DNA of 64,000 nucleotides. It comes from a bacterium. GTDB lineage: Bacteria; UBP14; UBA6098. Under the pieces are notes generated by a model. The model was not told the origin of the DNA and made no database searches. It saw nothing but the letters and a program-made list of their open reading frames with translations. Of this stretch, positions 39,614 to 49,200 are shown in pieces. How positions within the stretch are numbered: position 1 is the stretch's first letter; the number at the start of each line of letters is the position of its first letter. The DNA is taken from the NCBI GenBank assembly GCA_023145965.1, contig JAGLDC010000035.1:14462-78461 (forward strand), given 5' to 3'. Both the position numbers and the translations under genes were made by a program.

Positions 39614-40963
39614 TTATGAATTCGTGCGAGCCAGGCTTTTAAGGCTACGACTCACGAAAAAGTAGGTGATAATAGCTGAGCTGAAATCAGCTATAGGAAA
39701 TGACCAAAAAACCCCATCGATGCCAAGAAACTTTGGAAGAATCAATATAAGAGGAATAAGCACTATCGCCTGTCGAGAAAGGGTTAAAACAAAGGCCTTG
39801 AAGGCTTTTCCTATAGCTTGAAAATATGCTCCACCCATCATCTGAAGGCCAATCATAGGGAAAAGAAGAACCACTTTCCTAAACGCTGGAACTCCACTCT
39901 CGATAAGATTTGGGTCATTTGAAAAGAGATTTATTATCTGATTTGGAAAAAGCATCACGATAGTGAAAGTGAATAGGCTTATTACAACAGCCCTAATATA
40001 AGCTTTTTTCACAACCTCGGTCACTTTATCGAAACGCTTAGCACCAAAATTAAAACCTACAATCGGTTGCAAACCCTGCGAAACTCCCATTATGGGCGTA
40101 GAAAAGAGAAATATAACACGATTAATAATCCCATAAATAGCAATTCCAATTTGGAAATCGAGACCAGCAAAGACATTGTTCATTATAATGATCAATGCAC
40201 TAGAAGAGAGGTTACGGCCAAGCGAGGCCATACCTATCGATACTATTTCGCGAATGATTTTAAAATCTGGCTTTAATTTTATCCTCTTAAACTGAATAAT
40301 GCTCTTCTCAGAATTGAAAAATGCCAGCGCATAGATGGCAACAGCAAATTGAGATATTACCGTGGCGATAGCTGCACCCTTCACTCCCATATCTAACACA
40401 AAAATGAAAATTGGATCGAGAATAACATTGAGAATAGCGGCGATGATCATCAATGTCATAGATATCTTCGCTCGCCCTTCAGAACGAATGATATTATTCG
40501 ACGAAATCGCGAAGCACCTAAAAACAGTCCCAAGAAGTATAATACTTAAATAATCTATAGCGTAGGGCATGACATCGGGCGTTGCTCCGAGGAATTTAGC
40601 GAATGTATTTATAAAAATAAGGCCTGGAATAGCGACCATAAACGATAATATTGTGGTAGAAAAAACGACATTCCCAAAAGTTTTATTTACCTTAGCAAGA
40701 TCACCAGTGCCGATAGCTCTTGAAATAATCGATGCTCCCCCCATGCCGAAAAGCTGAGCTATTGCTAAAACTAGTATTTGCACAGGAAAACATATAGCCA
40801 CTCCAGCAATGCCTAGCATTCCAACTCCACGACCAACAAAGATCGTATCTACCACATTAAAGCTCGACATAACGAACATGCCAATAGTGGAAGGAATAGA
40901 GAGTTTTATTAGAAGTTTTCCGACATCATTCTCGGCCAATATATGCTTATCTGTTGATCTCAT
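39614..40963 (-). CDS. MATE family multidrug/sodium efflux transporter
   Basis: 12-TM protein of 449 aa. The N-terminus LLIKLSIPSTIGMFVMSSFNVVDTIFVGR is typical of NorM/MATE. Confidence 0.8.
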   Translation of the reverse strand: MRSTDKHILAENDVGKLLIKLSIPSTIGMFVMSSFNVVDTIFVGRGVGMLGIAGVAICFPVQILVLAIAQLFGMGGASIISRAIGTGDLAKVNKTFGNVVFSTTILSFMVAIPGLIFINTFAKFLGATPDVMPYAIDYLSIILLGTVFRCFAISSNNIIRSEGRAKISMTLMIIAAILNVILDPIFIFVLDMGVKGAAIATVISQFAVAIYALAFFNSEKSIIQFKRIKLKPDFKIIREIVSIGMASLGRNLSSSALIIIMNNVFAGLDFQIGIAIYGIINRVIFLFSTPIMGVSQGLQPIVGFNFGAKRFDKVTEVVKKAYIRAVVISLFTFTIVMLFPNQIINLFSNDPNLIESGVPAFRKVVLLFPMIGLQMMGGAYFQAIGKAFKAFVLTLSRQAIVLIPLILILPKFLGIDGVFWSFPIADFSSAIITYFFVSRSLKSLARTNS

Positions 40964-41055
40964 AAGGCTTATTAATGTAAGATAATTTGTTATGAATTCA
41001 ATAATAATAATTATATATCAGGGAAACATCGGTTCCGGCAACATGGCAGAATTCT

Positions 41056-41442
41056 ATGCTTTCACTGTCTTCTTTTGCCGGATCGAATATCTATATCGCT
41101 TTCCATAATGTATCTGTGGATGAGTTTATACTTAAAGTCGATGACATTAAAATTGGGAATCAACCGACACACGATATTGGAATTTCGGGGGTTGAAGGTG
41201 TAGAGATTTTTGACATCTCTGGAAGACTTGCGTTACGATTGCTCGAAGACGAAAACACAGTGGAGAGTCCCTATACCTTCCCTCCCTCTGACTACCAAAA
41301 CCATAGCACATGTAGCTACTCCCCCGCAACCCACGAATTTACATGGATACCCTCGACATCTATCACATCCGGTGTTTATCTTGTTCGCGCACAAACCACC
41401 AATGGACAAACCGTATCAAAGTGCATTATATATTTGAAATAA
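41056..41442 (+). pseudogene. Orphan fragment encoding only a T9SS type-A sorting domain (no signal peptide, no catalytic or adhesin domain). Probable 5'-truncated remnant of a T9SS cargo gene
   Basis: The C-terminal about 80 aa (VEIFDISGRLALRLL...SGVYLVRAQTTNGQTVSKCIIYLK) match the sorting-domain pattern. The upstream 48 aa are not signal-like. Only 92 bp separate it from the divergent MATE gene start. Confidence 0.4.
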
Positions 41443-41463
41443 CTTCTTATCGGGAAAAATATC

Positions 41464-41492
41464 GAGGGCGGTCAGATACCGCCCTTTTTTTA
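41464..41492 (+). terminator. Rho-independent terminator (GAGGGCGGT-CAGAT-ACCGCCC-TTTTTTT)
   Basis: Hairpin followed by a T7 run, directly after the orphan fragment. Confidence 0.65.
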
Positions 41493-41515
41493 TTAAAGAC
41501 TTTTTTATTTGCACT

Positions 41516-41674
41516 CCGGGGGGCGTCGGAATTTCTAGTTTAGCGGAAAACCAGTTTTCCGCTAAACTAGAAATCGGCATCCGGCCGGAGCAAAATTCTT
41601 ATTTTTTTCGAAATAGTATCGACCGGCCGGACGCCCACGTTGCGCTTTTTGGCGCAACGCCCGACGCCCCCCTG
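41516..41674. repeat. 159-bp GC-rich nested-palindrome element (MITE-like or structured RNA) bounded by a 14-bp imperfect inverted repeat CCGGGGGGCGTCGG / CCGACGCCCCCC
   Basis: Internal perfect 21-bp-arm hairpin at 41531-41551 / 41554-41574. Two self-complementary TCCGGCCGGA boxes. A CGTTGCGC-TTTTT-GCGCAACG hairpin at 41638-41659. Local GC is far above the surrounding level. Confidence 0.5.
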
Positions 41675-41707
41675 CGATGGTTGTCGATACATCTTCTTAA
41701 CGCATGA

Positions 41708-42676
41708 TTATTTTATATGATTGAATGCCATAGCCGCAGCACCAATAACACCGCAGTTTTGGCCTTTTTCTGAGATGTCTATAGTACAGGAATTATACAA
41801 CGATTTCAGTGCCCTACAATGCGCTTCATTGCGAATAGTTTTTAGGAGAATATCTTTGCCCCAACCGGTTACACCTCCGGCGAATATTATACACTCCGGG
41901 TTGAGGATATTTATCATATTAGCTGTAGCAACACCAAGTGCGCGTGAAACCTCGCGTGTCACCTTAAGAGCAGTTTTATCTCCTTCTCGTGCTGTATCCC
42001 CGATCATTTCAGGGTCTAGGGAACCATAATCCCCACCCATTAAATCCCATAAGAGAGAGCCTTTATCCTTCTTAAGATATTCCCAGGCCAATGTTACAAT
42101 TCCTTTTGCCCCTGCATATGCCTCGATACAACCCCGATTACCGCAGGTGCATTGTCGTCCGTTCATTTCAATGACATGGTGCCCAATCTCCCCAGCACCA
42201 CCCCATTTACCACGGAATATTTGCCCATCGATTATTATTCCACCACCCACTCCTGTCCCAAGAGTAAAAATAACAAGTGGATCGGCACCTTTATGCTTAC
42301 CCCATAGATATTCGCCATATGCTGCTGCATTGGCATCATTATCGATGATTATCTTAGGGCCAAATACATCTTCAAAAATGCTCTTAACTCCAAGCCCGCG
42401 CCAGCTTTTAAGATTAGGAGAGGCTTCAATAATACCCTCTTCGATAGTAACTGCACCCGGGAAACCCACGCCCACACCGGCTATATCTTCGAGATTAGTC
42501 TCACAGTCTTCGAGAAACTCACAAATATCATCGATAATTATCGACAAGGCCACATCCGGAGGACTCTGCGGAGTCGGGAATATATCCATGTCAAGAATCT
42601 CGCCCGATCCATCCACGGTAGCTACCTTTACAAATGTCCCGCCGATATCTACTCCGAGTGTAATTTTATTCTCCAC
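41708..42676 (-). CDS. glcK: ROK-family glucokinase
   Basis: N-terminal LGVDIGGTFVKVATVD ATP-binding motif. ROK zinc motif CTCGNRGCIEAYAGA. Confidence 0.75.
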   Translation of the reverse strand: MENKITLGVDIGGTFVKVATVDGSGEILDMDIFPTPQSPPDVALSIIIDDICEFLEDCETNLEDIAGVGVGFPGAVTIEEGIIEASPNLKSWRGLGVKSIFEDVFGPKIIIDNDANAAAYGEYLWGKHKGADPLVIFTLGTGVGGGIIIDGQIFRGKWGGAGEIGHHVIEMNGRQCTCGNRGCIEAYAGAKGIVTLAWEYLKKDKGSLLWDLMGGDYGSLDPEMIGDTAREGDKTALKVTREVSRALGVATANMINILNPECIIFAGGVTGWGKDILLKTIRNEAHCRALKSLYNSCTIDISEKGQNCGVIGAAAMAFNHIK

Positions 42677-44273
42677 TGTGAAACTCCCATTTTAATATAG
42701 CGATTGTGGAATATGGTATAAGCCTTTCAGTTGAAAGATCGAGCATTGCCCCATTCGCCCAAGGTGTTATATCCTTTTGGTTCTCGCTAGAATGAATCTG
42801 GCTTTCGATCTCGATAATAACCGACTTATTTTCAAAGAACTTCGCTAACTCGTCAAGATTCTCCATGTCGAATACCGCCATCAGGGCCGAGCTTAACCTA
42901 AACCATAGGAAATCGGCTCTGGCTATAGCAAGAGAATCCGCATTAAATTCGCGCTCGTTGCTATGTCCGTTTATCCGGATAGTCAATTCGCCATCCTGCT
43001 TACATAAATATTGTATTCTCGATATTACCTCAGGAAAGCTGCTTTCCCAATGACAACATGGCTTAACACTATTGAAAACAAAAGGGATTATCGGCAAAAT
43101 AGCCATTTCCGAATAATTTTTCCCTAAATCGATCTTGACTGATTTCCATTCTGAACGCTCGACCTCGCCACCATTTCCCCAGCAAAGCATCGAGAAATCG
43201 CATCGAGGTGGAATAACCAATATCTTGCCCTCAGATAACTTGATCATCGACATTTTATTTGGCTGCCGCATTCCCCAATCAACTGGAATGCGGCTCCGGT
43301 GTAAATCTCTGTCTATCCTATAGGCCAGCACCTCGGAGGAAGTATCTACACTCACATCGAGCCTTATAGGCTCTACATCATTTGATGGCGACTCACACCA
43401 CAGATATCTGCCATTGAGTGGCTCAGGCGCAAAAAACGAAGGTCTTAAATCAATTCGCATCTCTCCCGGCTCAGAATTCCCTCCATCAACTGCGATTATT
43501 TGTCTTGCATCCTTTTTCTTCATATCCTTTTTGAATCTTGAAACAACAATATCTATACGCTCCGCTCTCTCCACCGCTGAAGCATTCAATTCCCCTGAAG
43601 AAAAGACCAACAATAAATCTGGGTTTCGAGCAAGGATACTATCTAGAAACCCTCCCTGAGATTTGGATATAATCCTAAATCCTCTGCGCCAATAGGGCAT
43701 CGTCTCGGTAGCCACTAATACGCGAGATGTCCAATTTGGAACGGAAGGAATCAATTCTACTCTTAAATCATAAATCGAAGCGACATCGCCGTATGTTTCC
43801 GTAAACTCGTATCCCGATTCAGGGATTTCTAGACTCAATACCAACTGGGGTTCGGCCAAAAGCAAGGCCTCCCTCACCGCTTTCGCCCTATTAGAAGCCA
43901 ATTCTTCACCGGCAAATGGAGACACTATACCATCGAATTCATGGGAATAGAACCCTCTAACAACACAATCTATATCGGGATTTTGCACCATTCGAGTAGC
44001 CAACTCCGCTAAAAGCGGTTTATATGCTTCATCGAGCTTAGCCTTCCCAGGGTCAAAAAATATAACATTTGGAAGATACCCCCCTACCCACGCAATATCC
44101 CAACCCGAAAAATCGATTTCCTTCACACGTGGTTCAATATAGGGTGATATCGGGGGCTTCTCAAGCGAATCGATTGGTAATTCCTGCGTAAAACAAACAA
44201 CACAAACTATACATATCAACAAAATCAGACTATAAACCCTCATAAAACTCCGGCCTCCTATCCAAAATAACAT
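42666..44273 (-). CDS. Secreted/membrane protein with two OmpA-like peptidoglycan-binding domains
   Basis: N-terminal hydrophobic signal. OmpA-like segments (...ASNRAKAVREALL... and ...NADSLAIARADFLWFRL...). Confidence 0.45.
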   Translation of the reverse strand: MLFWIGGRSFMRVYSLILLICIVCVVCFTQELPIDSLEKPPISPYIEPRVKEIDFSGWDIAWVGGYLPNVIFFDPGKAKLDEAYKPLLAELATRMVQNPDIDCVVRGFYSHEFDGIVSPFAGEELASNRAKAVREALLLAEPQLVLSLEIPESGYEFTETYGDVASIYDLRVELIPSVPNWTSRVLVATETMPYWRRGFRIISKSQGGFLDSILARNPDLLLVFSSGELNASAVERAERIDIVVSRFKKDMKKKDARQIIAVDGGNSEPGEMRIDLRPSFFAPEPLNGRYLWCESPSNDVEPIRLDVSVDTSSEVLAYRIDRDLHRSRIPVDWGMRQPNKMSMIKLSEGKILVIPPRCDFSMLCWGNGGEVERSEWKSVKIDLGKNYSEMAILPIIPFVFNSVKPCCHWESSFPEVISRIQYLCKQDGELTIRINGHSNEREFNADSLAIARADFLWFRLSSALMAVFDMENLDELAKFFENKSVIIEIESQIHSSENQKDITPWANGAMLDLSTERLIPYSTIAILKWEFHSGE

Positions 44274-45021
44274 CGTTGAACGGAGTTACCATCTTATCGA
44301 GCGCTTTCGAGGGATCTATCTCTATCACAAGCACACCCTCTTCATCCATACCCAACTCACCTAATACAGACCCATCCGGACCATACATAATACTTTTCCC
44401 AGTAAAATCTACTTTCCCGCCTCCGTTAACATCCGAACCTGTCCTGTTAGAAAGAGCAATAAAAATTCTGTTAGATACAGCATGAGCATATGAAGCCTTC
44501 TGGCAATGAGGCAAAACAAGGTTCGCACTATGGCAAACAAGCTGCGCGCCTTTTAATGCAAGGCTGCGATAAACTTCAGGGAAAAACCAGTCGAAACAGA
44601 TAATGAAAGCTATCTTTGTATCTCTGTATTCGACTAGAGGAAAGGGCAAATTCCCCGGTTCAAAAATCAGCTTCTCATTATTGAAAAGATGAACTTTCCT
44701 ATATAAAACCTTTTTCCCCCTAGGATAAATAAATGCCGACGAATTAAATATCTTCTCACCTGACAACTCAGGGAAACATCCGATAATTGCACAATCCTTT
44801 TCATATGCTATATCCGCTAAAAAAGTTAGTGTTTTGCTTTTTTGGAATTTTTCAGCAAAAGGCCTAATTTCATCCTTATCCTTAAAAAAATAACCTGTTG
44901 CAAACAACTCTGGTAAAACAAATAAATCTGCGTCATTGGCGCGAATAAGCCTTTCCGCAAGCCTTAAATTTCGTTCTACTTCGCGTAGTTTCGGCGCAAA
45001 TTGAACTATACCGATTCTCAT
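44230..45021 (-). CDS. Carbon-nitrogen hydrolase (nitrilase superfamily) protein
   Basis: MRIGIVQFAPKL...FVLPELFATGYFF and the overall 263-aa architecture typical of CN hydrolases. Confidence 0.7.
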   Translation of the reverse strand: MRIGIVQFAPKLREVERNLRLAERLIRANDADLFVLPELFATGYFFKDKDEIRPFAEKFQKSKTLTFLADIAYEKDCAIIGCFPELSGEKIFNSSAFIYPRGKKVLYRKVHLFNNEKLIFEPGNLPFPLVEYRDTKIAFIICFDWFFPEVYRSLALKGAQLVCHSANLVLPHCQKASYAHAVSNRIFIALSNRTGSDVNGGGKVDFTGKSIMYGPDGSVLGELGMDEEGVLVIEIDPSKALDKMVTPFNDVILDRRPEFYEGL

Positions 45022-45189
45022 AATTCACCATAAACCTTAATGTCCAATAGAATATAGATCCCTCGGGAAACAACTATTAATAAACCAGTTTTCTATAGAT
45101 ATAATAATATCCTATTTTAAATCGTCAAATTAAAATAAATAAAAACATATGAATATCAAGAGCTTTAGCCGCAATTTAAACCACACTGA

Positions 45190-45222
45190 ATAAAAAAGGC
45201 GCCTAAAAAGACGCCATTTTTA
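45190..45222. terminator. Weak bidirectional hairpin (GGCGCC-TAAAAA-GACGCC) with flanking A/T runs, downstream of the sigma factor gene
   Basis: Imperfect 6-bp stem with U-runs on both strands. Confidence 0.3.
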
Positions 45223-45242
45223 TGGGGAAAAGAAAATAAAAA

Positions 45243-46100
45243 TCAGCTTACGAATGCCCTGAGATTCTTCGATCTGGTGGCATGCCTAAGACGCTTAATC
45301 GCTTTTTCTTTGATCTGCCTAACACGCTCACGTGTGAGACTAAATCTATTGCCTATCTCTTCGAGTGTGAGAGCCCTTTCTCGGTTAAGGCCAAAATAAA
45401 GAGATATAACCTCGGCCTCTCGTTCCGTAAGTGTAGAAAGAACCTTCTCGATTTCACTGGAAAGAGCTGTCTTAAGAAGTTCCCTATCTGGCGATGGTGA
45501 GTGATTGTCCTTCAGAATGTCCTTTAGGGAATTCGTATCGCCCTCTGTGAAAGGCGCATCGAGAGAAAGATGGCTATTAGAAATCTGTAAGGTATCGGAA
45601 ACCTCTTCCGCAGCCATATTGAGCTTATCAGCTATCTCTTTAGTGCTGGGAGAACGACCATACTTCTGCTCCAACTTAGAGTGTGCTTTGCCGATTTTAT
45701 GTAAAGCACCTACTCTATTGAGCGGAAGCCTCACTATCCTCGATTGCTCGGCTAGCGCCTGAAGTATAGACTGGCGAATCCACCAAACAGCATACGAAAT
45801 AAACTTAAAACCCCTCTTTTCATCAAATCTCTTGGCAGCTTTAATCAAACCAATATTCCCCTCATTGATGAGGTCGGCGAGAGATAATCCTTGATTTTGA
45901 TACTGTTTGGCGACGCTAACTACAAACCTGAGATTTGCCTTAATAAGCTTTGGCATGGCTTCTTTGTCGCCATTACGGATTCCGACTGCGAGCTTAAATT
46001 CGTCTTCTGCGGTAATGAGTGGAGTTTTGCCTATCTCCTTGAGGTAAATGTCCAATGAACGATCAACATCTCGTCCGCTGATCTTTCGCTTTTTGTTCAT
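45243..46100 (-). CDS. rpoD: Primary-type sigma-70 family RNA polymerase sigma factor (short, 285 aa, Bacteroidota SigA-like; regions 2-4 present, no region 1.1)
   Basis: Region 2 ([10 protein letters not shown]), region 3 and region 4.2 HTH ([28 protein letters not shown]). Confidence 0.75.
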   Translation of the reverse strand: MNKKRKISGRDVDRSLDIYLKEIGKTPLITAEDEFKLAVGIRNGDKEAMPKLIKANLRFVVSVAKQYQNQGLSLADLINEGNIGLIKAAKRFDEKRGFKFISYAVWWIRQSILQALAEQSRIVRLPLNRVGALHKIGKAHSKLEQKYGRSPSTKEIADKLNMAAEEVSDTLQISNSHLSLDAPFTEGDTNSLKDILKDNHSPSPDRELLKTALSSEIEKVLSTLTEREAEVISLYFGLNRERALTLEEIGNRFSLTRERVRQIKEKAIKRLRHATRSKNLRAFVS

Positions 46101-46232
46101 ACTCCTCCTTTGAAAGAGAAAAAAAGAGCTACACTGTTTGGATCATTGATCCTAAGATGGTCCCCCAAGACCGCTATGGAATATAGGAATTTTCCATCTA
46201 AAGTCAAGCCACCACAAACACCCAATAAAAAG

Positions 46233-49200
46233 CTATCTGCCAATCGTTAGAGTTCCATTGCATACTGTTTCGCCACTTTTCTGAATTAGATAAAGATACA
46301 ATCCCTCTTTTGCGATTTGCCCCCCACCCTCACGACAATTCCATACACGATTTGCAACATCGCCTAAATCTATGACCGGCCCTATCGTGGCCTGATAAAC
46401 AAGAATGTTTCTCTTATTAAAGATCAATAATTCAGCCGAACCGGAATACATCTCAGGATAGTCGAAAACAGCAACATCATTAATACCATCCCCGTTAGGT
46501 GTAATGGGATTTGGATAGTTATTACATGAGATCTTTGGCTCCATCAGGAACCACCAAGTAAACTGATTGGCGTTAGGCGAGCAATAATCCGGGGTATCCT
46601 GTGCATAAACCGTGATCATTACGGTATCTCCCGTAACAAACTCGATTCCTGCAATAGATGGATCGAAAGTGAGTCTTCCGCTAGAATAGGTCAATGCCGG
46701 TGAAGACAAATCATACGTTGACCGGTAAATATCCATCCTTAATTCATTGGGATCAACACCTGCGATATTATCTGCAACATCGATCCAAGCCTGAGTCTGG
46801 ACATTCCGAATAAGATCGGTTTGAAGCGGGAAATTATTTGCAAACGTCGGAGGAGTCAGGTCCATATAATAATTCCATTCGATAGGCGCATCGGTCAAAG
46901 GATTGCCCAGCATATCGTCTGCTGTTATAAGTCTAACATTGACCAAACCATCAGCCCAAACCGAGGGTGGTGTCCATGTCAAAACCGGGAAACTCCAATC
47001 AAGCTCCGTAGAAGATGTTGTATAAAGCACACCGTCAACCTCCAGCCCAATAGTCGCTTCATCGATACCGTTGCTATCATCGAGCGTAATAATTATTTGT
47101 TGAAGACTACACGCGCTAACAGTTCCATCGCCCGGCTCGATTATCTCGCCGACAGGCCCGCCGCGGCTTATTATTAGCATCCAACAATAGGTGGTATCGT
47201 TGGCATCGCAATAAGGCGCGGCAGTGTCTGGAAGATCGGCGATTTCGAGACAAAGCTCTATGCTATCGCCGCCAGTCCATAAAATCCCTAGGCTATCGGG
47301 GTCGAACGCCAATGTGTCACCGAGCCAATAAAGCCCAGTGCTCGTAGGATCGATGACGCCATAGCCCTCGACATCGAGCGAAACCGCATCGTAATCGATG
47401 CCCGCAGGCAAATCATCGAGAACCACACGAACAATAGGGCTTCTATCGTCAACTGGAACGGCCGAAATCGGAGTCACCGATACAAGCTCGGGAGGTTCAT
47501 AATCGACCGTGAAAATCCATCCAAGAGGCGCTTCAAGCTCGTTGCCGAGAATATCCGAGGCCGAAAGAAGCGAACAAACTACTGTCGAACCATGCGCGAA
47601 AAATCCCGCGCCACCATCGAAGGTAAGTGTGGGTTCGTCCCAGTCGATCTCGAGCTCACCGATGCCATATCTAACTCCATTTACCGAGAACACAACAGTC
47701 GAGTCATCCACGCCGTTGGAATCCTCGATACTAACCACTATTTCCTGAGGGTCGCAGCTTGTAATCACTCCATCGGTTGGATGTATAATAGAGCCGACAG
47801 GCCCGCCTGATTCTATGGAAAAGCTCCAGCACGAATCCAGTGTATTAGGCCCACAATAATCTGGTGAATCGTTGGCAATAACACAAATGTCTATCAAATC
47901 CCCTCCGGTCACGGAGATAACATCGCAAAGGTCGAAGCTAATGTTGCCGCCAATCCAGGTTACACGGCCATCTGAAACACCCAGATGCTCTGTGCCTTCT
48001 ATCGTAACATCAATAGAAAGCTCATCGAGACCGGAGCCGATATCAGCTAAATCGAATGTAACATTTGGACAAATTTCAGAAATAACTGATCCCGGTGAAG
48101 GACTTATGGCTCCGATAATCGGGGGTGAATAATCTAATATGAAGCTCCAAACAAGCGTATCCTCATTTGGATTAGCATATATGTCCTCGGCGTATAGAAG
48201 CGAACAAACTACCACCTCGCCATCGGTGAAAAAGCCCATGGGCGAGAAGAAAGTGAGCGTATCACTGGAATAAGACAACTCTGGACTCGCAGGAATGCCA
48301 TAACGAGTGCCATTCACAGAAAATAGTATCGATGTCTCTATGACGCCGTTGATATCTGATATGGTTAAAGATATCTCTTGCGGATCGCAGGCCGAATATG
48401 TCGAAGGTAAAGGTTCTATAACCGTGCCGATAGGCCCGCCTGTCGGAACCCAAAATAGCCAACAGGTATCCAGCACATTGGGCGGGCAAAGATCGGGTGT
48501 GTCCTCTGAATGGACACACACTCTAACAGTGTCTCCGCCGACAATCGTAAATGGAATTGCTGAAACATCGACCTGATAATTACCCCCTCCTGTATGAATA
48601 AATACAGAATGTGATATATCATACCAGGTGGTCCCAGCAGATGGGAAATAATCTATTGCGAAAAACGCGCTGTCATAATCGATACCCGCGCCTATATCTG
48701 CAAGTCTCCAGCTTATTGTTGGCACAAGAGTTCCAGTTGCGCCTACGGGCGAGGCCATCGAAAGCAATGGAGGCAAAAGGTCTATTGAATATATCCAACT
48801 GAGGCCTGTCGTTGCGAGCGGGTTTCCAACGCCATCTTCAGCCGAAACAAGCTCGACCGATATTGGTGCACCATCGGCCCAAAGCACTCCCGGAGAGAAA
48901 CAGAGTAAATCGGTGGAATAGCTCAATTCCGGAGAATCAGTGCCGTAATCCACACCGTTTACTCGAAGAACAATAGTCGATTCCTCGACGCCGTGTGAGA
49001 TAGGTGGGTCAATAAGAGGAATGCAGATTCCCTGATCATCGCAGGCCGAAATAAGACCATCAATGGGAACTTCCGATACCGGGTCTATTCCATCATCGGC
49101 CTCCGGTCCCTCTAAATCGACAAAAACCGTCCAGCAAACCTCTAATGTGTTAGGTTCACAATAATCCGGGCTATCAAAACCACCTACACAAATATTAAGT

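Noticed and set aside
41516-41674. Retron msr/msd ncRNA (inverted repeats flanking a long hairpin)
   Set aside because: No reverse-transcriptase ORF on either side. The neighbours are a T9SS fragment and a ROK glucokinase. So a retron is unlikely, and the element is reported only as a structured repeat.
41500-41700. tRNA or other classical RNA gene in the GC-rich island
   Set aside because: No cloverleaf arrangement, no GTTC/T-loop or anticodon-stem pattern. The structure is a linear series of palindromes.
42147-42695. 182-aa plus-strand ORF
   Set aside because: Antisense to the ROK glucokinase gene. Pro/Ser-rich, no domain.
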